In this document: one piece after another, positions 1 to 12,765 of the stretch | Layout: each line of letters starts with the position of its first letter | How positions within the stretch are numbered: position 1 is the stretch's first letter | Source: Alloascoidea hylecoeti | Lineage: Eukaryota | Reading direction: 5' to 3' | Assembly: GCA_001600815.1 (NCBI GenBank) | Contig: BCKZ01000005.1 | Location: forward strand, 1,117,794 to 1,181,793 | Length of the DNA: 64,000 nt | Translations under genes and position numbers: made by a program | The notes under the pieces: generated by a model | The model's database searches: none | What the model was told of the DNA's origin: nothing | Seen by the model: only the letters and a program-made list of their open reading frames with translations

Positions 1-268
1 TTATCTTGAATTTTGGATTTAACATTATCGATTGTGTCAGAAGATTCAACCTATAAAATAACATAAAAGTTAGTTAAAATGTTCATAAATGCTATAGTTT
101 CTAATATTTGATAGTGTCTCTGGATGGGGACTCATCTTCCAACATAATTAATTGGTTGACGGTTATCGGATGATAATGACGCCACCCTATCTACACAAGA
201 AGATCATAAACAGAACATACCTCTAAAGTGATGGTTTTACCGGTTAAAGTCTTGACAAAAATTTGCAT
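1..268 (-). CDS. Ubiquitin gene (ubiquitin-ribosomal fusion or polyubiquitin), 5' part, runs off window edge; exons 268-221, 50-<1
   Basis: [16 protein letters not shown], then intron 220-51 (GTATGT...AACTAAC...TAG), then [16 protein letters not shown]. The fusion partner is outside the window. Confidence 0.95.
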
Positions 269-1785
269 GATTCTTAATTAATGATAATAATAGCTTTTTG
301 TTCTGTTATAGCAGTTGCAAAAGCAGATGTGATAAGGAGAAAAGAGGAAAAGGGGGAACTTGCTTACTTTTATGTTCTCTAATCGGGTTAGATCACGTGG
401 GTCACTTATAAGCAATTATTATTAAACATAAACAGATGATGCAACCTCGAGGCTCTTCTTGACAGAATAGGGGCACTAACAATGACCAGCCCAATGCAAG
501 TGCCGACAAACGTCAAACGTTGCTCCATATAATTATAACCCATAATTATAAAATCTTTCAGCACTAACACAAACAAGGGAAGGACTTAGTACAACGCTTT
601 ATTTCTACAACAAGCATATGTAAAGGCAGTACAAATAAAATTCATGATCAGATAAGTTGCACACCACAAATTTTGGATCAACTCCATTCACCATTTATTA
701 TCTGATTTTAACTATTCCAACCACAGTTCGTAGTACGAATTTCGCGGATTTCAATCCTTCAAACGGAATCTTCATTTTCTTCCATTCTTTGGTCACATCT
801 TCCTGGGCTTCTCTCACTTATACCTCTCCGAACTTCGGTAAGACCTTCTGAGTGTCAAAAGACCCGATTCCAGCCGTTACTAAGCTTAAACGATTATTTC
901 TTGGGGTCACAGCCTTAGCGCTTGCCTTCTGGTATATCTTAAGGAAGAGGTTGATAAAGAAGCTTCTCTTCATTATCTTTTTTTAATCTCTTTTTTCGTG
1001 GACCAAAGCACGAAACAGGCATAGTATGCATATTTGGTAACTTCCCCATACTATACCTAGTTGTTGTTTTTTGTATTCAAAACTAGAGAATATGAGCAAG
1101 TTATCGATCGTGTTCCCTCCCATTATTTAGAGTCCTTGAAGGTGCGATTTGAATTTCTGGTGGTTGTAAAAAGAAGAACTTTTGAGTTGCAGTAATTGGG
1201 AACTTCGTGATCAGGCAAAAATTAAAGACCTCCTCAATTCTCACTCACTAGCTATGATACAAATCCTAAGAAGAGATGTGGACTATTCTATGATACTTTC
1301 CAACTAATCCTGAGATGATGAAAATTTACATTAAGTAGTTGCAACTACATAGAAACCTCAACTCATAACAAGAATTATAAAAGGAAATATCAAACAGATC
1401 TAGTTAAGAATATGGGGAGCCCATTTTTGAGATCAGTAATTTATTGGGGCCTACATAAAAAGCGATTAGTTTGACTACATAGTTTTTGATGTAAGGTTTA
1501 GAATTCGAAGATTATCTAAAGTTAGATCTATAGCTTGAAAACAAATTTAAATGTGAATAATTATTATGTTAATCAGTACCTAATAAGTATTAATTTTATC
1601 ATAAGAGTATAAGATCTTATACGTAAATATTTATATTTCAAATGTGGTAATTAATTAGTGGAAAAAAAGCAAATGTAAACTGTAAAGTTTACCAATATCA
1701 GTTAAATAACTAGATTAAAAATGTAAAAAAAATAACTTAAATTTTGAATGAAGACAATAATGCTGGAAAAGAAGTAATTAATTAA

Positions 1786-3211
1786 TTAAATATTATTATT
1801 AGTAATTGAAAGTGAAGAGGATTCAATACTTCGAAAAGGATTATTGGAACCAATAACTGTATCATGTCGAGTTACATTCGAATTTATATTGAGTACATTT
1901 GGTGATTGTCCTTCTGCATCTTTCAATAAATCAGGATTAGAAGTAGTTGTATGTAAAGTAAGGATTTTGTGGGGTGAATGTGAACGCGCATAGCTCACAT
2001 TAACACTTGCACTTCTACGGGGAGATTTATTCCGTTGTAAGGTTGATGATTGTTTTTGATAAGAAGGTTGCGCCAATGAAAAAGTTGATTTGAATTTAGT
2101 ATCAGTTGTTCCGCTTTGTGGTTCTGTATTGGGGGATGAAGGAACCGAATTTGCACGAGTGTTAAACGTTTTGCCTATCATGCCTCTATAATCACCAATA
2201 TCATCCACAAAATTATCAAAATCAACAATGGCCTCCGGTTCTTCTTCAATTACACTTTCAAGATTCGGTCCAACTCCTAAGTTTGGTCTGGGTGATTCGA
2301 AACTACGTGCTCTGCGATCGAAGAAATCTTGTTTTGAAGAACCAAGTGATTCTTTATCCTCTATGATATTTGACACATCATTAATATTGGAACTATTAAA
2401 ACCATCATCATTTGGATCATAATAGGACCGTCGAATATGATTGGATTTATCATCAATAAGACCTGGCTTAGATAGTTGATTTCGAAGACTATGAAAACGT
2501 TCTCGTTCTTTATCAAGCGTTGATTTATCTTGTACTAATTTTGTGATTTTCTTAGCTCTATCACGAACTATTAAAAAATAGAAAATAAAAATGTTAAACA
2601 TCTGCAGATAATAATTATAGTCAAAAAATGTAGAAATTAATGATCACATACTTTGTGATCCTTGATCGATTCCGTTCTTATCAATATAAACAAACTTTTG
2701 TAAAGGAGTAACCAAATAATCATCAACTGTAATCCATTCAAGAAAATCACCAGAAGCAGCGAATAAACAGTAATGCATTATCGAAAGTGCTTTAACTATA
2801 TGACGCCAATTTCTTCCCTTATCTGTTAATCGATGATATAAAATATTTATAATAAATTTCATTTGTTTTCTGTAATTTAATAAATGTTAGATTTACTTAT
2901 TGATTGATAGAATTTGATTTATTTCAGGAGATTCATATATATTAATACTTTTTGAATGTTAATAAAGCAATTTCGTGCATTTGGGCGGTTGAAGGACCCC
3001 AAGGGTCATTAGAAGTAGCTGAATAAAGTTGTTTTATTAATATCATCCACAAAAAAATCAAGATCCAGAAGATGGGACACAAAAAAAAGGTTTTTCAAAA
3101 AAAAGGAGATTTAAAAATAATAATAAAAAACATACCGTTTCGGACTTTTATCTCTGTTCCGGAGTAACCGTTGGTTATATTCTTCAACGATCTTATTAAA
3201 TGTTTGGACAT
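1786..3211 (-). CDS. ENTH-domain epsin-like protein; exons 3211-3136, 3018-2949, 2869-2652, 2567-1786
   Basis: Spliced product MSKHLIRSLKNITNGYSGTEIKVRNATSNDPWGPS...DKGRNWRHIVKAL...IRDRAK is a canonical ENTH domain, with an NPF motif near the C-terminus. All three introns are GT-AG and in phase. ENT1/2 versus ENT4 not resolved. Confidence 0.9.
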
Positions 3212-3365
3212 TTTACGAGGAAGCTGCAGAGAAATAGATATTTGGCTTTGATACAAGTTTAAAAAGAAGTTGATACTTACATATGTGTGTCTGGGTGTTT
3301 GACTCAGGTACTCCAAATCTTTCTTCTCTCTTTACATTTTATTCTTCCACAACGTGTCGCGAGAA

Positions 3366-5378
3366 ATGATGAACTCCAATAGGCACATTCCTTCCGATGG
3401 CTCGTTTGTTAGTTCTGTGGATTCATTTGAAACTGCAACTGAGACTAGTTCTGCCGAGAGTAGTGTGCTTCATTCGAAAAAGGATCATGAAATGTCTATG
3501 CCACAACATCCGCAAAGTGGTTGTTGTATAATCATTAATGGGTATTTCAAAAAAATTATAAAAATTAATTCAATATCATATTACATTAAATCCCTTACTA
3601 ACTTATAAAACAGTCTATTACCGATTGACGATCAGTATATCATTCAAGTTATTTGTCATGTTTTCATGAAGGTATATCATCCCCTATTATAACATAACAC
3701 CATGTAGACTTCATTTCATCCCTTATTAATATACCTTCAATTATTTAATTTAGTTGTGTCAAATTACATCAATTCGAATAACACGTCATGAATCTTCAAA
3801 TATGCCATATGTTTTCATTCAATATATTTCAGAAAACGTTAATCAAGTTATTGATCAATTAAATGGTTTGATTTTGGATCAAAGGGCAGGTACATTATGT
3901 ATCAAAAAAGCAGGTACTACGAAAACCCTTGTTATTTCAAGATTAAATCAGAAATCTGTTGATGAAAAGGTGTGATATCCTAATTCTTTTTTGAAAATAG
4001 ATACCGATTTTTACTAATTGAAGCTTTATAGACTTTAATGCAATCAATATCTAAATATGGAAAAGTTAAAGAAGTGATACCTGCAAAGTACAAAGGCTTT
4101 AAAGGAAATGGATGGTTTGTTGAGATGGGAAATCATGATGAAACAATTACGGCTTACTCCGTGAGTAAATAGTAGTCAATATAACGCATGATATCAACTT
4201 ATTAACATTATTAATGATAGCATTTAATATCAGGAGGTGTGAGTAATTTTTTAATTGGAATGACATCAGATAAACAATGTCAAGAAAATACTATTTGGGT
4301 GTGATCTATTAACTTATTTTTCACTGGTAGGAATGGGATGTTACTTGGACGGACATTGAAGATTCCAATACAACACCAAGAAGAGAAAATACACCTACCA
4401 CTCCTATTGACAATGATACCAATGGAGTTCATTCAATATATATTGGACAAGTTTCACCCGAAGTTACAGAACAGATTTTATATGAAAAATTCAGAAAACA
4501 TGGAAATTTATTAAATATAGTTTTGAAAAAGAATGGTATGAAATTCTTTTTATATATAAAGATACATTTTTCAATCACCAATATGAAATTTCATGAATGA
4601 TTATTAATACAACTTATTATTCTATCAAGCATCAAGAAATTCTATGAATTACGCTTTTATTGATTATGATACTAAAAAATCTGCAGAAACTGCGGTTCAA
4701 GAGGAAGTAAGCTTTTTTAATAAACCTTTATACTCCAAACCACTATTTTTTAATACCAATGAATAACCAATTAAACTGATATTTTCATTTTATAGAATTA
4801 TTCGACTTTAATGGGAAACACCATAGTTGTTCAATACCAAGCAGATTCAAGTAGAAAATCATCTTTTAGAGCAGGAGGAAATTCTCATAGATTTTCAAAA
4901 TCTGATTCTATTGGTAATTCAGCGTCTCATAATCATCCATCATGGCAACATAGAGAAGCGAATGTTTATAACGAATATCTACATGGGCAATCACCTATGT
5001 ATAATAATAATTTTAGAAGATCGAACTCTGGTTCTGGAATATTTATGTTTGATAATGATCCAGGAAAACATGAGGATGAAAAACAATACCCAAGATCTAA
5101 TCCTTCAAGATATGTAAGCAATAATTACAACCAGTATTATCATTTATATAATACAACCTTTAAAACGAAATACTAACTAATGAGTTACATTTTAGACTAG
5201 TAATAAGAATGATACCAATAGCAATCAATATACAGCAAAGAATAATATATTCCCTCACAATAATGAATATTCTTCAAGAATGATGTATAATTTACCTGAA
5301 GATATGATGATCCCCAGGCATATTCCACAGCATGAGTTTTATTCGACTCAAAACATACATAAAACTAATAATGGTTGA
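3366..5378 (+). CDS. RIM4: Multi-RRM RNA-binding protein, Rim4/Msa1-like; exons 3366-3541, 3614-3671, 3754-3969, 4032-4160, 4221-4238, 4331-4535, 4630-4706, 4796-5113, 5196-5378
   Basis: Spliced frame stays open and gives MPYVFIQY, GWFVEM...ITAY, WDVTW, SIYIGQVSPEVTEQILYEKFRKHG, YAFIDYDT...AVQEENYSTLMGNTIVVQY. This is the motif order I recall for Rim4 (PYAFVQY, SWFVQF, WIIEW, SIFVGQL, FAFIKY, ENH..L.KTMHVQY). Asn-rich tail. Confidence 0.75.
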
Positions 5379-6469
5379 TATTTTTGTTCTTCATGAAACG
5401 AGATGTTGGTTTTATGATTCTAAATAATGAAAATATTCATCTAATACAAGGGGGATGGTTGATAAAAGAAAATATCCCTATAGCTAATTCATAATCTTGC
5501 ATTTGTTTTAAGTTTTGCTAACCTAGCTAATTATATATTATTGGAAATAATTTTGAATGTTGATTGTCGCATGATGTAAAATTATTATTAATAGTGTATT
5601 AGAAAATTACTTTTTGTAGATATAAAATGTTTAATCCGTCAAATTAATTGGTTGTAAAAGGCACCCTTGGTAAATAATGGTCCATGAGCTTTCCAACACA
5701 CGATTTAATATGAAGAGACAAATTCATCAAACTAGACAATATAAGATAACACTGTTCAAACAAACAACAAGAGCCAATTAATCAATATTGATAAATATGA
5801 ATTTCGTTACGTTAGTCAAGTTTATTTAGCCAATCGAGATAAATACATTTAATCCCTTATTGAAACTCCTAAAGATAAGAATTATACTTACAAACAGAGT
5901 TACAAATATATTTATAAAGTTAGTATGATTTCAGAACAATAATCGACAACTGATGAAATATGAACAAGAGAAAATGAAAATCACCAGTGATCATTAAAAA
6001 CTCAGATATAAGTAGAATAAAATTAATTCCACATGTATCTTGTTAATACGTTGAACAAAGTATTTTTTTTATTTTTTTTCCAGTTGATTGAGTTAATTAA
6101 GATTTCATCGTTAACTGATTCTTTCAGAGGATATCATATCTAGCTCTGTGCCTCTGGATGGTGCCTCCACAAGTAAAATAGACTAAACTAATCGATTGAA
6201 CAATTCATATGGTGATAACAGTTTGGGAGGCAGGCACTCTTGACTACTTGATAGAATGCCAGCCTTTGGCTTTAATAAAGTGGGGGTTGAATTCGCAACC
6301 CTTTTTTTGAACACGAAAAGTATAAAGCTTAATAATATCAAACTTGTTACCTAGTTAGAGGTAAAAGGAAACTATATATTCCATAAAAATGACTTGTAGA
6401 ATTCTGTAAGCGAGACTTCACGGAATTGTAAGTCCAAAAGGAATTTGTAAGTTCAAAAGGAATTTGCAA

Positions 6470-7390
6470 CCAACTAAGCATTGAAATATATGAATTGAGC
6501 AATCATGGCTTCTCAATTGCTGAAAAATAGGCGGAAGGCTTAATATTTCAACAATTCTTCTGGTGTAACACCTCAAATCCAAATGCATACAGAGCTTATT
6601 AAAATAGCGGTAAATCAGATTTTGAGGACTATAAAACCTCCCCCTTGAATACGTTTGAGGAGGTGGGATCAAAGTTTAACATTAGCATATCACCTAAGAG
6701 TCCTTCTCTAAACACGAATATGGAATATTTTCTTATTGAGAATAACTGAGGAAATAGAATTATACAATCTTAAAATATATTAGAGACTTTAGAGTAGTAT
6801 CAGCACGTTTGGGATGGTATAGTTAGTGAAGAAAGTTCGGCCACTACTGAATCTGCATCTGGAAATGTGTAGCCTATATACTCGACGACAGTCAGGTCAT
6901 TAAACCTCAGCATATTTGTAATATAAGGAAGTCTGGATCTGTAAGACTTATAATGGCCATGGTGTGGTTAGGGATATGGATGCTTATAGTAGAGGCACTG
7001 TATACTCTTGTATAAGAGGTCATTGATGAAATTCCTGAGGATCTCATATTATACTAGCAAAACACACTTGTTTATAAAACTGGAATAACTAAGGTTACAA
7101 TTGCAAGGAGATAGACGTGCTATGGTCGCTTTTTTCACTCGACCTAAAATCTTATTGAGCACATGTGGAATAAAGGAGTTGATCACAAGGCAGGATTATG
7201 ATTATGACCCTTCTACTTGGTGTATAAGTAAAGAAAGATTTATTTTTGAGTCTCTTCCAAAATATTATAATTGAGACTTTATGGATCACTATATCAATGA
7301 TATCCTGATCATTGACTCTATGGTTCGTAGGGTTGGAGCCATTTATAGGGTTAAGGTGCTAAGTTGGTAACACTAGCTAAATACTAGATT
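6470..7390 (+). mobile_element. Degenerate Tc1/mariner (DD34E-type) transposase relic
   Basis: Across stops and frameshifts: HTH-like GFSIAE/IGGRLNIS (~6500), WDGIVSEES (6810; W..ifSDES), EVWIC..YNGHG (6928; MVWGC), IDVLWS.FS.DL/LIEHMW (7110-7168; WP..SPDLNPIEHLW), IDSMVRRVGAI (7311; IDSMPRR.AAV). Confidence 0.8.
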
Positions 7391-8572
7391 AAATTTTCAT
7401 TTTATATACCCTAATATAATCCCTAGTACATACAGAACATTATGAATTATTTTAAGAACAGATTAAAGCCTTGTGGACAATGTGGAGTATTCAATGGCTG
7501 GTTATAATATTGCCCTGCTTTTTAGAGTGGTATGCAAAAAAAGTCTTGCAACATTAATCCAGAACTGGCTACATAATAAGTCCGTCATTAATTAAGCGGG
7601 CCTAGCTATACCAACAATCAAGAGTCCATACTGGCCATTTTGTGGGTAGAAATTGGGTAAATACGGGTTTGAAGGGAAATTCGAACATCACCTTAAATAG
7701 AACTAAATGTATAGGTCCTATATGTTTCTCAGTAGTAACAAAGGTCATTGAAAGATGTTCAAAGCTCTAGGTGCCTTAACCCCCAAAATCATTGCCAACC
7801 AGAGTTCATTCGCAATTCTGAAAAAATTAAATGGGGGTTTGGCCAAGTGAGGCAGCGGATAGTTGGTACTGGGGTTTTTTTTCTGCCTATATAGAGGAGC
7901 CTATTAGTCCTCAATTCGGTAGAAAATGACGTTCCATATGAACAAAAAATCCTCCATGCAACCCTCACACCAAGAATCATCACCGGCTGGAAAATAGAGT
8001 TTTATACCGGCGATGGTCTATGCAAGGTACAAAAATGTACTTCTTCTGTCATCATCTAGGGTTCGGGAAGGGTGATGTTTGGCTCGTTTGATCCGAGTAT
8101 GTCGGTGAAGTCTGTTTCTATGGAGACACCACGAAGATAACTTATTTAAGCTCGATGCATATGAAGAACATGCATGATGATTTTCAAATGAAGATGGAAA
8201 ACAAGACCTTTTGGAGTCCGGAATGGCTGAAAACAAACAATTTGATGGATGGAGAATCTTCGAGGAGCGATCTACAAATAGTTCAATTTCCACAATCAAA
8301 CATCCGGAGCCTTTTTAAAAAAATAAAACAACTAAGTAAGGGTAGGAGCGGTAAGGCAAAAATGTTTAGTGGAAATTTACTGATAGTGACATATTTTTTG
8401 TGATGCTGGTGGATGTTTTATATATTAATAAACACATGTTTTTGGATCATAAACGCTGGACTGTTTGTATATTCTCCTACTACAAATAGTCTATGATTCC
8501 CAAAAATTTATACTTTCATTTTTATCTGCAACCAAACTTTAATTCACAATATTGCAATTTACAATCTTAGAA

Positions 8573-9340
8573 ATGTCAACAGCTACTGTCTATTTTATTT
8601 CAGGGGGAAATAGAGGAATTGGGTTTTCCTTTGTTAAACAATTATCAACAAACCCTCAAAATCTAGTTATTGTTTCTGCAAGAAATCCAGAGAACGCCAC
8701 GGAGTTACAAGAATGGTCCAAGGAGCATGATAATACTAAGATTGTCAAACTAGATGTTTCAAACAAGGATAGCATTGCAAGTTTACCTGATCAAGTTTCT
8801 AAATTTACTGATGAAATTGATGTTCTAATCTCAAATGCTGGGATCGGTGACGGGAGAGTTAAACCATTACTAGAAAGTCCAGGTTCTGAACTTAGCAGAT
8901 ACTTTGAAGTCAATTCAATTGGCCCGGTTTTACTTGTTGGGGCACTTGAGCCATTTTTATCAAAGAAACAATCCTCTAAAATTGTCTTTATTTCTAGTCT
9001 TGGTGGATCTGTTGCTGAAACTCATCATGATGTGCATACTGCTTACGGAGCATCTAAAGTAGTACTCAACTACTATATGAAGGTATTGTCCATACACTTC
9101 AAGAAAGTTGGCACTGTTGTTGTTTCTTTTCACCCAGGATTCGTAGAGACCGATATGACTAGGGATATGATTGGAAGATTTAATCTGAAAGTGGGTGATC
9201 AAGTTGATTTTAATGACAGAAAGATTACCATTATTACCCCAGAAGAATCTGTCTCTTCTATGCTTAAAGTTTTGAAAGATCTTACTATCGAAAATTCAGG
9301 TTCATTTTTAAATTATGATGGGGAACCATTGCTATTTTAA
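8573..9340 (+). CDS. Short-chain dehydrogenase/reductase (C-factor/YKL071W-like), intronless
   Basis: ISGGNRGIG Rossmann motif, SNAG, catalytic S and YGASK, SFHPGFVETDM, SGSFLNYDG. Confidence 0.92.
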   Translation: MSTATVYFISGGNRGIGFSFVKQLSTNPQNLVIVSARNPENATELQEWSKEHDNTKIVKLDVSNKDSIASLPDQVSKFTDEIDVLISNAGIGDGRVKPLLESPGSELSRYFEVNSIGPVLLVGALEPFLSKKQSSKIVFISSLGGSVAETHHDVHTAYGASKVVLNYYMKVLSIHFKKVGTVVVSFHPGFVETDMTRDMIGRFNLKVGDQVDFNDRKITIITPEESVSSMLKVLKDLTIENSGSFLNYDGEPLLF

Positions 9341-9729
9341 GTGTATTTTATATATTTAGTTCTAAGCTCTAACATATGTTATAAGTTATAAAAGTTGTAT
9401 AAGATTATGTATTGTAATGTGGTTAATAATATCGAATCGGTTACATGATGAACCGAGTGGACTAAATTAAGTGGAAACATTGTGAGGCCTTATACCACTG
9501 TAGTCGATTTACAATAATCTACAGAACACTTTTATACATCATAGTTATGTTGTTGAATTATTGATCACTTAACAATTGTAATAGTTATATTATATATAAG
9601 AACAAAAACGTTTAGTTTTAAGACAAAAAAAAGAAGCCAGAGTTCGAAGAAATTTTTAATTAACTTGATCAAAGCAGAAGAGATCAAATTTTATCACATA
9701 TTTGTTGTTGTATTGTGTTATTTTGATCT

Positions 9730-12645
9730 TTATTTAGGCTTCTTCCAAAAATATTGTTTATGAACTTTTCTACATGACCTTAATCCACCTCTACCTCTCA
9801 TTTGACTTGCTAACAATTTTCTATCTTCATCAGAGTCGTTTTCGGGTAAATAATAATATTCAGACTCTAATGGTTTACCAGCAGCATCTTTCCCACTTCT
9901 TTCAATAATTCCAATACATTCAACATTTTCTAATATGGTTCTTAAATGTTTCTTTGGTAATTTTGAAAGTTGTAAACTACAATCAAGTAGTGTTGTCAAT
10001 GGTGTTGAAGCAAGTCTTGAATATGCTAAATGATTTGTTAAAATACCAATAAAATTATGATAATCAGGTAATGTTTCTTCTAATTCTTCAATTGATAAAT
10101 CTGGTATTTCCGTTTCTGGTTCAGTTGATTTACTTTTTGGTGGTCTCCCTCTATGTGCATGATGATGATGCTCTTCATTATCATCGTCATTTTCTTCCAC
10201 TTCATTATTATCAGGAGTATAAGAAATACTTGATTCTCGTGAAACAGTTCTTTTATGGTGTTTGTGTTTATGTGTATCACTGGATGAAATTTTAGAATCC
10301 TCATGGACAGATGACTCATATTCTATTTCACTTAAACTTCTTTTCAATCCTGATTCTAAAACTGTAGTTGTTCCAATAACAATAGAATCATCTGGTTTAT
10401 CTTCAGATTCAACCTCAAATTTAATCTTTTCAGTTTGTTTGAGCTCCTGTTGTGGCTCTACACTTTGCTTTTTCTTGTGGTAGTCACCGTTATCATCTAC
10501 CATTATAGATGTTGCGGATTTAGCACTGGATTTACTATTTGAATCAATCTTCATGATAGTTGAATGATCATTAAATGCACTGTGAATACTTGAAGAAATG
10601 GAAGTAGTATGATGTTTTTTATTTCCATGATTTAAGGAATCAGTAGACGAACTTTTTGTCTTAACTTTCTTTACTTTAAAAACATTAGAAGGTGTTTGGT
10701 GATAACCAGGATGTTTATTAAATATTGAATTTGAAGAAGAAATAGAAGATGATAGATGTTTTCTATCTGAAAATAATTGCTTAGTTACTTTAGTGGTCGG
10801 AGTTACTGAAACTGGCTTTATATCTTTATTTAAAGTCTGTTTAGCTGGTAATGATGATACCAATGATAATGATGATGTTGTTGTTATTGTCTTGATTAGT
10901 TTAGAATTATCTTTTGTAAAAGATTCTTTAATTGATGTATTAGTTTGTTCATTTATAAGGGCTGTTGATTTTTGAGAACCAATATTATTATTTTTTGGGT
11001 TTGTTACTTTGAACGACGCTTCAAGATCCTTGATTGATTTTATTGAATCTGAGGATTCTTTAGATTTGTCCGTTTGATTAACTGCAACAAACGACTCATT
11101 TCCCTTCTGGTTATTTGAATTTATTCTTGATGTGGTATCCATGGAATCTGTTGATATATATTTATCCTCACTACCAATCACTGGACTCTTCTTATCAGTA
11201 GATAATTCTGTTGTTAAAGAATCCTTAGAAGGTGCTTTAGACACTTTGGAAAGTGTAGCAGTTAATTCACGGTGGTCATTATTGATATCATTTTCATCGT
11301 CAGTCTGGTCATCTAATTCCTTTGAATATAAATAGTAAACAAAATCTTCATAAAATTCCTCATCATATTCATTTTCAATATTATTAACATTTGATGATGA
11401 TAAGTCAAGTAAGACTTTCTCACCACGTATATCGATAACAATCCCTTTATTAACAGGGATTTTTAGAATTTCGCCTTTCATTATGAAAAAATCAGTAATA
11501 TTACCGTAATTTTCAAATCTATTAATTAATGTTGTACCATTTTCAATTTGAGCCTTAAAATCTTCAGTTGTTGGATTTTTTTCTAAGCCATCACCAGTAG
11601 AACTTTGTTCAGATTTGGATTTAGGTTTCAAATTAACTTTAGAATCATCGGAAGCAACAAAGTCAGATTGTTTTGATTTATATTCTAAACTTAATTTAGC
11701 TGGTACTGTGACTGTAACTCCATTCCATCCAACACATTCAATATTTAAAAAATCATTTGAATTATCATTATTGCTATTTGATATACGGTTGATTTTCACA
11801 TGAACTCTTGAAATTCGTTTATTTCTAAATGACAAAGCATATTGACAAGATTTCGAAGATCTCCCGATATTAATTACCTTATCATTAGATTTTGGTATTT
11901 TAACGATTGTTGAATCTAAAAAATGTACACTAATATTTGTAGATGAACAAGTTGTTAAGGTGGTTGCTGCTGGTTCCCCTGTCGATCTTATTGTCGCAGA
12001 ATGAGAATTAAAGCATGTATCTGAGTTTGAAGTTGAAGGTGCTCGTAATGGTGAAGTAATAATTTTACCACTTTTCAAAGAAGACAAGGAAGTCGAAGGT
12101 TGTTGCATAACTTTAAAAGTTCCAATAGGGATAGAGGATAAAGGAAATAATTCTTCCCTGCCATTATTATCATCGTCATTATTGACTGTAAATTGTCCTG
12201 GAGAAGATGGTAATAGTACAGGAGAGGAGATACCTAAGGAACTACTAGGATCTGGAGTTGGATAAAATTGATCATTTGCAATTGATCTCCCAGTATTTAA
12301 AGGTAAGCTAGTAGAAGTGGATGATGAATTCCCAAGAGATGGGACATTATGACCATGATCGGTTGAGAAAGGCGGTGAATCCTCCAATGCTCTCTTATTA
12401 CGTCGGTGAGAGAGATACGCGTCATTTTCTTTATCAAGTGAGCCAACCTTCTGATATTTCTTCAGATTTTCTTTTGACACCATCGTCTTTGATTGAATTT
12501 CTTTATTTAAGGCATTCTCGAGACCTTCTGTAAAATTGGAATTTACACTCTGGTTGTTTTTTATTAGAGCCGATAAGTTTGATGCCTCGGGGGGTGAAGA
12601 TGGCGGGAATTGAGCACGGGAACCGGCGGCCGAGTATTCTTTCAT
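9730..12645 (-). CDS. TOS4: FHA-domain G1/S transcription regulator Tos4/Plm2
   Basis: FHA core IGRSS...ISRVH...GWNG; conserved C-terminus NHLAYSRLASTP...GKDAAGKPLESEYYY...LRSCRKVHKQYFWKKP; divergent from RPL37. Confidence 0.92.
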   Translation of the reverse strand: MKEYSAAGSRAQFPPSSPPEASNLSALIKNNQSVNSNFTEGLENALNKEIQSKTMVSKENLKKYQKVGSLDKENDAYLSHRRNKRALEDSPPFSTDHGHNVPSLGNSSSTSTSLPLNTGRSIANDQFYPTPDPSSSLGISSPVLLPSSPGQFTVNNDDDNNGREELFPLSSIPIGTFKVMQQPSTSLSSLKSGKIITSPLRAPSTSNSDTCFNSHSATIRSTGEPAATTLTTCSSTNISVHFLDSTIVKIPKSNDKVINIGRSSKSCQYALSFRNKRISRVHVKINRISNSNNDNSNDFLNIECVGWNGVTVTVPAKLSLEYKSKQSDFVASDDSKVNLKPKSKSEQSSTGDGLEKNPTTEDFKAQIENGTTLINRFENYGNITDFFIMKGEILKIPVNKGIVIDIRGEKVLLDLSSSNVNNIENEYDEEFYEDFVYYLYSKELDDQTDDENDINNDHRELTATLSKVSKAPSKDSLTTELSTDKKSPVIGSEDKYISTDSMDTTSRINSNNQKGNESFVAVNQTDKSKESSDSIKSIKDLEASFKVTNPKNNNIGSQKSTALINEQTNTSIKESFTKDNSKLIKTITTTSSLSLVSSLPAKQTLNKDIKPVSVTPTTKVTKQLFSDRKHLSSSISSSNSIFNKHPGYHQTPSNVFKVKKVKTKSSSTDSLNHGNKKHHTTSISSSIHSAFNDHSTIMKIDSNSKSSAKSATSIMVDDNGDYHKKKQSVEPQQELKQTEKIKFEVESEDKPDDSIVIGTTTVLESGLKRSLSEIEYESSVHEDSKISSSDTHKHKHHKRTVSRESSISYTPDNNEVEENDDDNEEHHHHAHRGRPPKSKSTEPETEIPDLSIEELEETLPDYHNFIGILTNHLAYSRLASTPLTTLLDCSLQLSKLPKKHLRTILENVECIGIIERSGKDAAGKPLESEYYYLPENDSDEDRKLLASQMRGRGGLRSCRKVHKQYFWKKPK

Positions 12646-12765
12646 TTCTTACTATTCAAACACAATATAATAGAAGAAAAGACTAAAAGGTCAATATATT
12701 GTTAGTTCCTATCAAAATTATTAAGAGATGATTCATATTCATATTCATATTGTGGATAATATATC

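Noticed and set aside
560..1030. TMA46-like pseudogene (GVDPKFVVC on the minus strand)
   Set aside because: A single short motif; the flanking CCCH finger and N-terminal motifs were not recovered.
8010..8320. Stop-codon reassignment suggested by frames interrupted only by TGA
   Set aside because: Genuine genes in the window end in TGA, TAA and TAG, and no conserved gene has an internal stop.
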